DNA of 64,000 nt from an uncultured bacterium (GTDB lineage Bacteria; Auribacterota; JAFGBW01): contig CAYUET010000010.1 of NCBI GenBank assembly GCA_964443875.1, positions 11,046-75,045 of the forward strand, given 5' to 3'. Position numbers and translations under genes: made by a program. Under the pieces are notes generated by a model. The model saw only the letters and a list, made by a program, of their open reading frames with translations. It had not been told where the DNA came from and ran no database searches. Shown here one piece after another: positions 19,751 to 29,932 of this stretch; the first letter of the stretch is position 1, and every line of letters begins with the position of its first letter.

Positions 19751-20170
19751 ATGGAAATAGATCAGATTATAGAAACAATTGTCAGAAATCTTCAGAAAAA
19801 CGGTTTTCCGGACTCCAGGGTTTCTCTTCCTAAAAATGCGCTCGAATTTTTTGTGAAAAAACATGATTATGAACTCGAAGATGTTCTGTATGAAATGCAG
19901 CAGAATGAGGTTCACTCAAAGATAGAGGAGGCCCGGATCATTTTCAGTGCGGATGTGTTTTCAGATTCTCAAAAAGAGGAAATCCCTGAAGGCTTTGATT
20001 TTTCAGCCCTGAAAAATATGGATCTTTCGAAGTTAAAGGAAAAAGCGGAATCCATGATGAGTCAGATGTCCCCGGAGGAGCGCAGGCGCTATGAGGATAT
20101 GTATGCAAAGATGTCTCCTGAAGAAAGACAGAAAATTTTTGAGCAGGCAAAGTCCATGGGGTTGTTTTAA
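19751..20170 (+). CDS. Hypothetical acidic protein with an internal MSPEER repeat
   Basis: The ORF has coding-like composition. I recognise no family. Confidence 0.45.
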   Translation: MEIDQIIETIVRNLQKNGFPDSRVSLPKNALEFFVKKHDYELEDVLYEMQQNEVHSKIEEARIIFSADVFSDSQKEEIPEGFDFSALKNMDLSKLKEKAESMMSQMSPEERRRYEDMYAKMSPEERQKIFEQAKSMGLF

Positions 20171-20174
20171 CCCC

Positions 20175-20211
20175 AATAAAAAAACCCCCTTCCCTGAAGA
20201 AGGAAAGGGGG
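20175..20211 (-). terminator. Rho-independent terminator downstream of rpsA
   Basis: CCCCCTTCC (20185-93) pairs with GGAAAGGGGG (20202-11) with one bulge. On the minus strand the hairpin is followed by TTTTTTTATT. Confidence 0.7.
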
Positions 20212-20239
20212 TATAAGAATCACAAAGGCTTAAGAAGGA

Positions 20240-21835
20240 TTAGGAATTAGCAACAATATCCTTAAGGCTTAAGCTTACTTTTCTTTCTTCAAGATCAATG
20301 GCGAGTACTTTTACTTTTACTTTGTCGCCTGGCTTGATCATGTTTTCGATGTTATCGCTTTTCCCGAGATCAATCTGGGAAACGTGAACCAGTCCTTCGA
20401 TATCTTCACCTAATCCGACGAAAACTCCGAATTTGGTGATTTTTTTTACTTCACCTTCCAGATAAGTTCCTTCAGGAGTGTTGTCTTTCAGACGTTTTAA
20501 AGGATCATCCGCAAGCTGTTTTACTCCGAGAGCGATTTTTCTGTTTTCAGGATCCAGAGAAAGAACAACTGCTTCCATGACATCGCCTTTTTTGACTACT
20601 TCATTGGGATTGTTGATTTTTTGAGTCCAGGAAAGATCACTCACGTGAATCAGTCCGTCAATTCCTTCCTCGAGTCTTAAGAAGATTCCATAGTTGGTGA
20701 GGTTTCTCACTGTCCCGCTGACCTTCTGGCCCGGAGTATAGCGTTCCTTTACGGTGTCCCATGGATTTTCATCGAGCTGTTTCAGGCCGAGAGAAATCTT
20801 ACGGGTCTCTTTTTCAAGGCTTAATACAACAGCTGTTACCTGGTCGCCGATGGAGAGAACTTCGCTTGGATGGTGAATGCGTTTGATCCAGGAAAGTTCG
20901 GAAATATGCATAAGGCCTTCAACGCCGTCCTCAAGTTCAACGAAGGCGCCGTAGGGGAGAATGTTGACAACACGGCCTGTGACTTTGGAGCCGACAGGGT
21001 AGCGTTCCTCAATTTTATCCCATGGATTTTCGCTTTTCTGTTTGAGGCCGAGGGAGACTCTTTCCTTTTCACGGTCGATTTCAAGAATCTTGACCATGAT
21101 GCGATCGCCGATGTTGACCATTTCACTCGGATGTTTGATTCTTTTCCAGGACATATCCGTGATGTGAAGAAGGCCGTCTACGCCGTCAAGATCAATGAAG
21201 GCCCCGAAATCGGTGATGTTTTTAACTGTTCCTTCAACCAGGTCGCTTTCCTTGTGTTTTTCAAAGAAGATCGTCTTGTCTCTCTTCTTTTCTTCTTCAA
21301 GAATAAGACGCCTGGACAATACGATGTTTTTACGTTCATAGTTGATTTTGATGACTTTGAAGTCATAGCTTTTACCCAGATATTCATCCAGGTTTTTGGG
21401 ATTCTTGACATCAATCTGAGAGCCGGGAAGAAAGGCATCCATTCCCACATCGACCATAAGGCCGCCCTTGACTCTTTTGTAAATCTTGCCGTTGACAATC
21501 TTGCCTTCTTCGCAGGCTTCCACTGTCTTTTCCCAATTGAGAATTTTGTCGGCTTTGGATTTGGAAAGAACGACTTTGCCTTCTTTATCTTCCAATTCCT
21601 CAATAAAAACGTCGACTTCATCCCCGGCTTTATACTGGGTTAAATCTCTGAAATCATCTACCGGGATAACCCCTTCGGATTTGTACTTGATGTCGACAAT
21701 GACTTCGTCCTGATTAATGACCAGAATTTTACCCTTGATTACGGTTTCGGGTGTGAATTTTTTGATCTGGCCTTCGAGCAGAGATGCAAACGTCTCAGCT
21801 CCATTACTTGTTGCGGTTGATTGTTCTGTTACCAT
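20240..21835 (-). CDS. rpsA: 30S ribosomal protein S1 (six S1 domains)
   Basis: There are six repeats of the G..V.G.V..I..FGAF..L pattern, and the length is 531 aa. Confidence 0.95.
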   Translation of the reverse strand: MVTEQSTATSNGAETFASLLEGQIKKFTPETVIKGKILVINQDEVIVDIKYKSEGVIPVDDFRDLTQYKAGDEVDVFIEELEDKEGKVVLSKSKADKILNWEKTVEACEEGKIVNGKIYKRVKGGLMVDVGMDAFLPGSQIDVKNPKNLDEYLGKSYDFKVIKINYERKNIVLSRRLILEEEKKRDKTIFFEKHKESDLVEGTVKNITDFGAFIDLDGVDGLLHITDMSWKRIKHPSEMVNIGDRIMVKILEIDREKERVSLGLKQKSENPWDKIEERYPVGSKVTGRVVNILPYGAFVELEDGVEGLMHISELSWIKRIHHPSEVLSIGDQVTAVVLSLEKETRKISLGLKQLDENPWDTVKERYTPGQKVSGTVRNLTNYGIFLRLEEGIDGLIHVSDLSWTQKINNPNEVVKKGDVMEAVVLSLDPENRKIALGVKQLADDPLKRLKDNTPEGTYLEGEVKKITKFGVFVGLGEDIEGLVHVSQIDLGKSDNIENMIKPGDKVKVKVLAIDLEERKVSLSLKDIVANS

Positions 21836-21957
21836 TTTTTATGTTTCCTCCTTAAAGAAAATTGTCAGACCATACAGCGGTTAAATAGGCATGTCAACAT
21901 TGAAAATAATAAAAAAATAACAATTTCAAGAGGGATAAGGTCCCGATAAAGAGCCAG

Positions 21958-23685
21958 TTATTCGGACTGTCTGAAATATTTCAGAACACCCCGGGTCACC
22001 GCCTCGGCGATTTTATTCTGGAATTCATTTGTCCGGATTTGTTCTTCAGCTCTGGGAATGATAATATAATCCAGTTCAAGGAGGATGGAGGGAACGGCAT
22101 TGTTTCGGCACACCGCAAGATCCCCATATTTTAATCCCCCGTTTTTCAGCCCCGTTTCTTTTATGATTTCAGGGTGAATAATTTCCCCCAGTTTTTTTCC
22201 GGGGCGGTTGTAATAGTAGGTTTCTGTAGCACGGATTTTATAGGGATTAACCCCGTCTGCGACGGAGTTGTAGTGGACGCTGATGAAAAGATCCGCTTTA
22301 TTCTTGAAAGCAAAAGGTGCTCTTTCATAGAGGCTTGGTCCGAAGGGCCCTGTGCGGGTATAAATGACATCGAATTTTTTTTCTTTAAGTCTATGCCCGA
22401 TTTTTTTTACCTGTTCTAGAGTGATCTCCTTTTCCGTTTTGCCTGTCGGTCCTCGGGCTCCCGTATCCTCGTTTCCATGCCCGGCATCCAGACAGATTTT
22501 TATTTTGGAAGGGGAGACCTCTTTAAGTCCCTTTTTCAGGGTAATGAGAGCATGGTCTTCCTTGTATTCAACGAAGTAGCCGAAATGGGGGGTGTATTTC
22601 AGATAAAAGTCGAGAAGCAGAACATCTTCTTCAACCTGCATCCATTTCAGATCTTCCAGAGCTTCAATTCCGGGCTGGAAAAAAATACGGTCAATATGAG
22701 AGGTAGTCTGATACATTAAAAGCCCTATTTTTTTTTCACCGGGATATTCCACCCAGATGCTGTTGACAGGATCCACATTTAATAACTTGATGTAGACGGC
22801 TTTGGAGTCTTCCCAGCAGGTCAGATTACCGACTTTTGTTTTGGAAATTTTCACCCCTTTTTTCTTGAGCGCCATCTGGTTTTTCTGAACAAAAACCGGG
22901 CGATTTTTTGAAAGGAGAATCCGGTACCATTCCCCGGCATAGCCGGTCGATTGAAGAATCGTTCCTTTTCTCAGGAAGGTATTGTATCCGCCCCCGGGGG
23001 TGTATCTGGCTTTGGCGAGGTCTTCAACAACCTGAAGAACAGGATATTCATAGGGAGGTAAAACCGAAAATTTCGATCCGGGTCTGAACGGTTTGATTTT
23101 GGAGTCGTTGGCAACCTCGAAACGGAAGGAGGAATCCCGGATGGGCTGGTAAAAGACGCGGGTAGTGCGGTAAATGCCTTTGACGCCATTGACTTCCTGT
23201 TCATAAAGGGGAAAGGAATCCTCTGTTTTATCAATTTTACAGAAGACTTTTTTATTGGGGAGGGTTTTGCATTGAAAGGTCATTTCTTCTCCGATAAGCA
23301 CGCCCAGATTTTTATCCGGAAAATAGGAGGAATTTTCAATGATCGATTTAGAGGTTGTTTTGGTCTTTTTGGGCTTTCGGATATAAATCGGAAGATTTTT
23401 TTTAATCACTTTTCCATTGGGAAGAGTAAGCCTGCAGGAAAAGGAAAAATCCCCCTTTTTAACCGGCAGATAGGCAAGAAATCCCCCTGTGCGGTAAACA
23501 GGAACTTCATACCCGTTTATGCTGAGCCGTCCGTTTGCAGGAGAGACATTCCCCAGAATATAGGTCCCCTGGGAAACCGTCATTTTCTGATTCTTATAAG
23601 GATAAATGATTTCTATCCGGGGCTCTCCAAAGACGGTTACTCCAAAACATATCCAGCACATAATGATAAGAATTATCCGTTGCAT
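21958..23685 (-). CDS. N-acetylmuramoyl-L-alanine amidase (Amidase_3 C-terminal domain) with a large N-terminal extension
   Basis: ICLDAGHGNEDTGARG, DLFISVHYNS and ILLELDYI are AmiA/B/C-type motifs, and a signal peptide is present. Confidence 0.8.
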   Translation of the reverse strand: MQRIILIIMCWICFGVTVFGEPRIEIIYPYKNQKMTVSQGTYILGNVSPANGRLSINGYEVPVYRTGGFLAYLPVKKGDFSFSCRLTLPNGKVIKKNLPIYIRKPKKTKTTSKSIIENSSYFPDKNLGVLIGEEMTFQCKTLPNKKVFCKIDKTEDSFPLYEQEVNGVKGIYRTTRVFYQPIRDSSFRFEVANDSKIKPFRPGSKFSVLPPYEYPVLQVVEDLAKARYTPGGGYNTFLRKGTILQSTGYAGEWYRILLSKNRPVFVQKNQMALKKKGVKISKTKVGNLTCWEDSKAVYIKLLNVDPVNSIWVEYPGEKKIGLLMYQTTSHIDRIFFQPGIEALEDLKWMQVEEDVLLLDFYLKYTPHFGYFVEYKEDHALITLKKGLKEVSPSKIKICLDAGHGNEDTGARGPTGKTEKEITLEQVKKIGHRLKEKKFDVIYTRTGPFGPSLYERAPFAFKNKADLFISVHYNSVADGVNPYKIRATETYYYNRPGKKLGEIIHPEIIKETGLKNGGLKYGDLAVCRNNAVPSILLELDYIIIPRAEEQIRTNEFQNKIAEAVTRGVLKYFRQSE

Positions 23686-23776
23686 AACACGCTTTTATCC
23701 TAAATGCAAGAAGGTGAATTTGTCAAGAAAGAGAATTGTTAAAACAGAGTTGACGAAAAATGTCAATCAGGAAGAC

Positions 23777-24157
23777 TTAAGCGGGAGGTTCGCCGATCAG
23801 TTCCATTACCTTTTGAAGAATGACTTCAAGTTTTACCGGTTTGACGATATAGCTTGTTCCTCCCGACTCCAGGCCCAGAATAACATCTGTTTTATGCGCT
23901 TTGGCAGTGATGAAAACAATGGGTATATTTTTCAGGAGCGGATCTTTCTTTAAAATACGGCAGACTTCGAATCCGTCTATGCCAGGCATAAGGATATCCA
24001 GGAGGATAAGGTCGGGCTTGTTCTGCTTGGCGGTTTCTATCCCTGCAATTCCATTGTTGGCGGAAAAGGTGGTATAGCCTTTTTTTTGTAATTCGTGAAT
24101 AACCAGATAGCGCCATGCGCTGTTGTCATCAATAATCAGAATTTTTTTTTCATTCAT
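23777..24157 (-). CDS. Single-domain response regulator (CheY-like)
   Basis: ILIIDDN, DLILLDILMPGIDG and YIVKP motifs are present. Confidence 0.85.
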   Translation of the reverse strand: MNEKKILIIDDNSAWRYLVIHELQKKGYTTFSANNGIAGIETAKQNKPDLILLDILMPGIDGFEVCRILKKDPLLKNIPIVFITAKAHKTDVILGLESGGTSYIVKPVKLEVILQKVMELIGEPPA

Positions 24158-24335
24158 AAGCTGATTCTTATGGCAGATGTACGGTTGGATTTCATAACTC
24201 TTTTGAAATCAGTTTCATTAAAGATAAAAAAAACAGAAGTTCTTGTCAAAGGGAATGATGAATGAAACGGAGGAAAGGTTAACCTTGATTCCGGAAAAGA
24301 ATTGAAAGTCTCATCAGAATAAAAAGCGGAGGGGA

Positions 24336-24363
24336 TTGTTTTTTATGACGGATGTGTTATAAT
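24336..24363 (+). promoter_or_regulatory. Candidate sigma-70 promoter (TTGTTT-16 nt-TATAAT with a TG extension)
   Basis: -35 is at 24336-41 and -10 at 24358-63, preceded by TGT. It lies 40 nt upstream of the AT-rich ORF. Confidence 0.35.
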
Positions 24364-24405
24364 AAAACATAATATTTGAAGTCCAAGGGAGTGAAGGAGT
24401 ATTAT

Positions 24406-25014
24406 TTGAAACTCAAATTTTTTATTGTTTGTGTTTTTTTATTTGCCGGTTCTTTTATTTATTCCAGTGATTCTTTTTGTCTGTCTCCTATAAGTTTTAC
24501 ATCAGTTAAAGTTACATCTTCATCAGAAATACAAAACAAAATAGATAGTTTAAAAGCAATTCCATTATCCCGAATTAAAGATTTTATCCGTCTTCATCCA
24601 GAATTTAAAGATTCTTATTATGATAAGATGAATCCAGCATACCCAAATGGAGGATGTGACAGTTATTCCTACCTTGTTTCAGAAGAACTTGAACAGGAAG
24701 GAATTGAACATTTAATTATTCAAACTGCTGTTCATTATTATATTTTACTAAACATTGAATTTCCAAATGGAAGTATTAAAGAAGTTGTCTTAGATTATAC
24801 CGCTGATCAGGCTTTTGTCGGAAAAACTATATCTCCTCTTTTGGAACCTAAGGAAAATTTAGCATTTACTTATCCTGAAATTTATTCAAAATATTGGAAA
24901 CCCGAAAAAATAGTTCCAAGAAATTATTTAAATTTCAGTAATTCTTATATGTTTTTAATAAACATATCTTCCTTAATTATTGAAATTAGGGAAAAATTCT
25001 CAGTTTCATCATAG
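24406..25014 (+). CDS. AT-rich orphan secreted protein with a Cys-His-Asp arrangement (possible papain/transglutaminase-like fold)
   Basis: The track ORF starts at 24376 (TTG). I prefer TTG 24406, which lies 6 nt after GAAGGAG. The hydrophobic N-terminus is KFFIVCVFLFAGSFIY. In track numbering the residues are GGC(94)DSYSYL, AVH(120)YYILL and VLD(140)YT. Confidence 0.45.
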   Translation: MKLKFFIVCVFLFAGSFIYSSDSFCLSPISFTSVKVTSSSEIQNKIDSLKAIPLSRIKDFIRLHPEFKDSYYDKMNPAYPNGGCDSYSYLVSEELEQEGIEHLIIQTAVHYYILLNIEFPNGSIKEVVLDYTADQAFVGKTISPLLEPKENLAFTYPEIYSKYWKPEKIVPRNYLNFSNSYMFLINISSLIIEIREKFSVSS

Positions 25015-25233
25015 ATTAATAGATTATTTGTTTATCATTTTTTACAGTGACTGTCGTTGAAACGGGAATTGAATTTTATTTTGTGTCATTTGCTGTTTTC
25101 TTTTCTTTTTTATAAATCCAGAATCCGGTTTGCAGCCTAAATCCGAATTCTTTTTCAGAATTGTAAGCGGGTCCCTATTATCTTCTTTTAATAGCCCTTT
25201 ACAAAGCCTTTTTAAATGAGATAGGATCCGCCA

Positions 25234-26520
25234 ATGAAATTTTTAAAATCAGCGGTTTATTATTCAAGTCTTTTATTTTTTGTAGCCTTATGTCTTGGAA
25301 ATCAGGTTTCTCCGGGTCCGGATAATGAAAAGGACAACAATGTCCTGTTTGAAAAACTGGATCTCTTTGCAACCGTTCTTTCCCTTGTTCAGAATTCCTA
25401 TGTGGAACAGGTGTCGTCAAAGGATCTGATTTATGGAGCCCTCCAGGGAACCCTGGCCTCCCTTGATCCCTTCTCGCAATTTCTGACTCCGGACATGTAT
25501 AAGGAGATGCAGATTGATACCGGAGGGAAATTCGGCGGGCTTGGAGTAGAAGTGGTCATCCAGGGAAATGCCATTGTGGTGGTCGAACCTTTGCCTAATT
25601 CTCCTGCCGAGAAGGCGGGGTTAAAACCCGGGGACCGTCTGATCCGCATTCACGGAGAAGCGATAGATCCCAATGCGCTGGAGGAGGCTGTTTCCAGATT
25701 AAGAGGCCCCGTGGGATCCAAGATTGATGTCACCCTTTTCAGACCTGCCAGCAAGCAGACCTTTACAGTGGAAATGATGCGGGAAAATATCAAGGTTCAG
25801 GCCATTACCCAGTGCCAGGTTCTTCCCGGAACCGAGGTGGGCTACATCAAGCTTCCCAAATTTCAGGAGGATACCTCCGAGGAATTTTCTAAATCGGTTG
25901 ATCTGCTGCTGGAAAAGAAGATCAAGGGACTTATTCTGGATTTAAGGAATAATCCCGGAGGTCTTCTGGATGAAGCCATTGATGTGGCCGGGTGTTTTAT
26001 CGGCCCTGAGAAACTGGTGGTTTACACCCAGGGCAGGCTGGCGGAACAGAACGTTAAAAAAGTATCCACAAACGGCTGCAAAGTGCTCGGGCTCCCGGCA
26101 GTCCTTTTAATCAACCGCTGGACAGCCTCTGCTGCCGAAGTCGTTTCCGGAGCGGTTCAGGACTGGGAGGGTGGACTTATCCTGGGAGAAACCAGTTTTG
26201 GGAAAGCCTCTGTTCAGTCTGTGATTCCTCTTAAAGACGGCTCGGCCCTCCGTCTGACAACCGCCAAGTACTATACTCCCAAAGGCCGGCTTATTCATCA
26301 GAAGGGAATTGACCCGGATTTAAAGGTGGATCTCACCGACGAGGATCTGATCGCCCTTTCCGAACGTATGGAAAAGGCGAGGGCCGGCGATACGGATAAA
26401 AATACCGTGTACAAGGATTTTCAGATATTGAAATCCATCGAGATCATTGATTCCTGGAATACTTCTTTTCAGAAGATTTTAAAGGATAAAAATGAAACCG
26501 TTTCTTCTCAGGAAAAATAA
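25234..26520 (+). CDS. ctpA: Carboxy-terminal processing protease (S41 family, PDZ domain)
   Basis: GGLGV, the PDZ segment SPAEKAGLKPGD, DLRNNPGG, SASAAEV and GKASVQ motifs are present. Confidence 0.9.
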   Translation: MKFLKSAVYYSSLLFFVALCLGNQVSPGPDNEKDNNVLFEKLDLFATVLSLVQNSYVEQVSSKDLIYGALQGTLASLDPFSQFLTPDMYKEMQIDTGGKFGGLGVEVVIQGNAIVVVEPLPNSPAEKAGLKPGDRLIRIHGEAIDPNALEEAVSRLRGPVGSKIDVTLFRPASKQTFTVEMMRENIKVQAITQCQVLPGTEVGYIKLPKFQEDTSEEFSKSVDLLLEKKIKGLILDLRNNPGGLLDEAIDVAGCFIGPEKLVVYTQGRLAEQNVKKVSTNGCKVLGLPAVLLINRWTASAAEVVSGAVQDWEGGLILGETSFGKASVQSVIPLKDGSALRLTTAKYYTPKGRLIHQKGIDPDLKVDLTDEDLIALSERMEKARAGDTDKNTVYKDFQILKSIEIIDSWNTSFQKILKDKNETVSSQEK

Positions 26521-26525
26521 GGGCG

Positions 26526-27551
26526 ATGTTAGTGTTAGGCATAGAAACTTCCTGTGATGAAACCTCCGTGGCCATCGTTCGTAACGGCACGGAAATTTTG
26601 GGATCTAAAACCTACACTCAGATCAAGGATCATAAAAAATTCGGGGGCGTGGTTCCGGAAATCGCCAGCCGTATTCATGTCAAAGTGATTCACCCCCTTC
26701 TTGAGGCCCTTCTGGATGAAACCGGTTTATCTCTCAAAGATATTGACCTTCTTGCGGCAACCCATTGTCCCGGGCTTATCGGAGCACTCCTGGTCGGGGT
26801 CAGTTTCGGAAATGCTCTCGCCTGTTCCTTGTCCAAACCCATTGTGGGGATCCACCATCTGGAAGGGCATATCTATTCAGCCTTTATGATGCAGGCGGAC
26901 CGCAAGCCCCGCTTTCCCGCCCTGGCGCTTGTTGTAAGCGGAGGGCATACCCTGCTGATTCAGATGGATAAGATCGGAAGCTATACGGTTCTGGGACAAA
27001 CCCTGGATGACGCTGTGGGCGAGGCTTTTGACAAAATTGCGAAGATTATGGACCTTCCCTATCCCGGAGGCCCGGTCATAGACAGACTTGCCAAAGAAGG
27101 AAATCCCCAGGCCTATTCTTTTCCCAGGGCTTTAATGAATGAACCCGACCGCCTGGAATTCAGTTTCAGCGGGCTTAAAACCTCGGTTCTTTATGAAGTG
27201 AAAGGCAAAAACATGAAAGCCCCCGTTTCAAAACTGACGGAAGAAAAAACAAGGGATATTGCGGCTTCTGCCCAGCGTGCCATCGTGGATATACTGGTCA
27301 ATAAAACCCGGAATGCTCTTTTGAAAACAGGGGCAAAATCCCTGATTGTTTGCGGGGGGGTTGCGGCCAATTCTGAACTTAAGGGATCAATGAATGAGCT
27401 GGGTCAAAAACTCGGGATTGATGTTTTTATCCCCCCCCTGTCTTTGTGTACGGATAATGCAACCATGGTGGCAGGTCTTGGCTATCACAAAAGAAAGAAT
27501 GCGGGCAAGTTTATTTCAGAGGTGTTTCCCAATCGCGAGATTACAGATTAA
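26526..27551 (+). CDS. tsaD: tRNA N6-adenosine threonylcarbamoyltransferase
   Basis: LGIETSCDETS, HHLEGH, VSGGHT and GGVAAN motifs are present. Confidence 0.95.
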   Translation: MLVLGIETSCDETSVAIVRNGTEILGSKTYTQIKDHKKFGGVVPEIASRIHVKVIHPLLEALLDETGLSLKDIDLLAATHCPGLIGALLVGVSFGNALACSLSKPIVGIHHLEGHIYSAFMMQADRKPRFPALALVVSGGHTLLIQMDKIGSYTVLGQTLDDAVGEAFDKIAKIMDLPYPGGPVIDRLAKEGNPQAYSFPRALMNEPDRLEFSFSGLKTSVLYEVKGKNMKAPVSKLTEEKTRDIAASAQRAIVDILVNKTRNALLKTGAKSLIVCGGVAANSELKGSMNELGQKLGIDVFIPPLSLCTDNATMVAGLGYHKRKNAGKFISEVFPNREITD

Positions 27552-27598
27552 CCCGCCTATGCATCCCAAAGAGTTGACGCTTACTTGCAGAATTCGGG

Positions 27599-28519
27599 TT
27601 AAGCGGCCTGGAGTGTGGGCAGTGAAAATGTTCTGGGTGGAGAAACCGTGTGAATTCGGGGATTGTTGTAATCCCGGTTATCAATGAAGTAATTAAACCG
27701 GTTGAGGGATTCCCTGTAATACCTCAGGTATTGCGGGGCCAGGAATTTTTTCATCACATAGGTTTCGTTGAGACGGAGATCTTTTCTTTTCTCTTTTCTG
27801 TTTGAAATGGACTGTTCGACATCCGGCAGAAATCCGATGGAGCAGTCAATCAGCGGTGTTCTGGAAAGCTCTTTGGAAAGATATTGCCCTTCAAATAAAA
27901 TGACGCTGTTTTTATGAAGAACCGGTTTAGTCATGATGAATTCTTCACCTTTTAAAGTGATCAATTCCCTGTTATAAGAAATTTTGGCCTCCGGATTTTT
28001 CAGGAGGTTTTTTTTGATTTTGCTCAACTCTATTCCCAGTTTCAGGAGTTCCCCCTGATAGAGGTCTCTTGTCGAGGCATCTGTTCCCAGGGGGTGGGAG
28101 GCCAGCATTTTTAAAAGAGTAAAAGCCCTTTTGATCAGATATCCTTTTTTATAATAGGGAGCAACTCCGTCACCGTGAACAATCACCGGATCAAAACCCT
28201 CTGCCAGTAAATGTTTTGCAAGCTGGTCTGTAAAAAAAGTTTTTCCTGTTCCCGTGAAGCCGTCAAGGCTGAGATACCGTGCTCCATTTTTAACCTGTGA
28301 AGTGATGAAATTAAAAATATTTTCAGTTCCTTCTGTAACCAGAGTGGAAGGTTGAAACAGGGAGAAGAAATTGTTGCTGATAAAATTGTTGTAAGCCTGA
28401 ATGAAAAGAGACTGGGGGGCCAGATTTTGATTCTGGGTTGCACAATGCCCCTGTAAAACAAGCGCAAACGTCAGAAAGACGGGAAATAATTTTTTAAGGA
28501 TGGTGGTTAGAGGTTTCAT
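27599..28519 (-). CDS. Signal-peptide protein with a P-loop (uridine-kinase/PRK-like NTPase)
   Basis: I prefer the start MKPLTTILKKLFPVFLTFALVLQGHCA (ATG 28519). The Walker A motif is GFTGTGKTF, and it is followed by VHGDG. Confidence 0.45.
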   Translation of the reverse strand: MKPLTTILKKLFPVFLTFALVLQGHCATQNQNLAPQSLFIQAYNNFISNNFFSLFQPSTLVTEGTENIFNFITSQVKNGARYLSLDGFTGTGKTFFTDQLAKHLLAEGFDPVIVHGDGVAPYYKKGYLIKRAFTLLKMLASHPLGTDASTRDLYQGELLKLGIELSKIKKNLLKNPEAKISYNRELITLKGEEFIMTKPVLHKNSVILFEGQYLSKELSRTPLIDCSIGFLPDVEQSISNRKEKRKDLRLNETYVMKKFLAPQYLRYYRESLNRFNYFIDNRDYNNPRIHTVSPPRTFSLPTLQAA

Positions 28520-28621
28520 TGGATGATGCTCGGTGTATTCATATTTGTTGAAAATTCTATTCGTTGTATACTTGGGATAAGGTACCTTATTCCTCTGAAA
28601 ATGTAAAGGGTGCAACGATAA

Positions 28622-28657
28622 TAAAAAAAGGTGAAAGGAAAACCTTTCACCTTTTTA
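28622..28657 (-). terminator. Terminator of the rpmE-prfA operon (perfect 10 bp stem flanked by an A-run and a T-run)
   Basis: AGGTGAAAGG (28629-38), an AAAA loop and CCTTTCACCT (28643-52). A second hairpin, CGCAAAAC-TTC-GTTTTGCG, lies at 28663-28681. Confidence 0.75.
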
Positions 28658-28861
28658 AAACACGCAAAACTTCGTTTTGCGCAGAGGGGGGATATTTACA
28701 GTTAAAAAATATCATTTCGTATGCTAATTGTCAACAATTTAAATCATAAACATCTGTGAATCCATAGAAAATGGAACGGAATAGAGCAATTTGCGAATTA
28801 AAAACAGATAATTAAAGATAAAATTACCTGATAACTTTAAGTCAGATAACGAATTAAAAGT

Positions 28862-29932
28862 TTATTGAACAGCTTTACTCATCATTTCTTTATATTCAAA
28901 TTCAGCAAGTCCGGAGACGAGGTCTTCCATTTTTCCATTGAGAAGTTCACTGAGATTATAAAGCGTCAGATTAATGCGATGGTCAGTCACACGATTTTGA
29001 GGAAAGTTATAGGTGCGGATTTTTTCCGAACGGTCACCTGTGCCGACCTGGGTTTTTCTGTCCTGAGATCTTTTCTGCATTTCTTCTTTCTGCTGATTGT
29101 CCAGCAGTTTGGCTTTAAGAATACGCATGGCCTTGATTTTGTTTTTGAGCTGGGAGCGTTCATCCTGACATTGCACGGATATTCCTGTAGGAAGGTGGGT
29201 AATGCGTATGGCGGAATCCGTGGTGTTTACGCCCTGGCCGCCTGGGCCTGAGGAACGGAAAATATCAATTCTTAAATCCTTGGATTCAATATTCACTTCC
29301 ACTTCCTCAGGTTCGGGAAGAATGGCCACTGTGATTGCAGAGGTGTGAATGCGTCCGCAGGCTTCTGTAACAGGGACTCTCTGGACACGGTGAGTGCCGG
29401 ATTCGTATTTGAACTGCCTCCAGGCAATATCCCCCTTGATGCAGAAAACCACCTCACGTATCCCCCCCATTTCAGAAGGAGAAACTTCCATGACTTCAAT
29501 ACTTAAACCGATATTTTCAGCATACCGTTGATACATGCGATAGATTTCGCCTGAAAAAAGAGAGGCTTCTTCCCCCCCCGTCCCTGCACGAATTTCAACA
29601 ATAATTGTACGTCCTTCGTTTTTGTCCGGAGGTAAAAGCATCTGAATGATTTTTTTTTCAAGAACTTTGAGCTGTTCTTCCAGTTGTCTGGAATCCTCTT
29701 CGATCATTTTGGAAAACTCAGCATCTTCCTTGTGTTCAGAAATAAGGGCAAGATTTTCTTTCAGCTGTTTTTGAGCATTATCAAAATCAACTTTCAGACT
29801 GACTAACTGGTTGACCCGGTTGTATTCCTTGGTAAGTTTGATAAACTCATCACGTGACTCCCAGGTATTTGCCGCAAGTTTTTGTTCCAGTTCTTCCTTG
29901 CGCTGGTTGAACTGATCGAGATTTTCAAACAT
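28862..29932 (-). CDS. prfA: Peptide chain release factor 1
   Basis: The GGQ motif (SGPGGQGVNTT) and the PVT tripeptide (the RF1-type PxT) are present. Confidence 0.95.
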   Translation of the reverse strand: MFENLDQFNQRKEELEQKLAANTWESRDEFIKLTKEYNRVNQLVSLKVDFDNAQKQLKENLALISEHKEDAEFSKMIEEDSRQLEEQLKVLEKKIIQMLLPPDKNEGRTIIVEIRAGTGGEEASLFSGEIYRMYQRYAENIGLSIEVMEVSPSEMGGIREVVFCIKGDIAWRQFKYESGTHRVQRVPVTEACGRIHTSAITVAILPEPEEVEVNIESKDLRIDIFRSSGPGGQGVNTTDSAIRITHLPTGISVQCQDERSQLKNKIKAMRILKAKLLDNQQKEEMQKRSQDRKTQVGTGDRSEKIRTYNFPQNRVTDHRINLTLYNLSELLNGKMEDLVSGLAEFEYKEMMSKAVQ

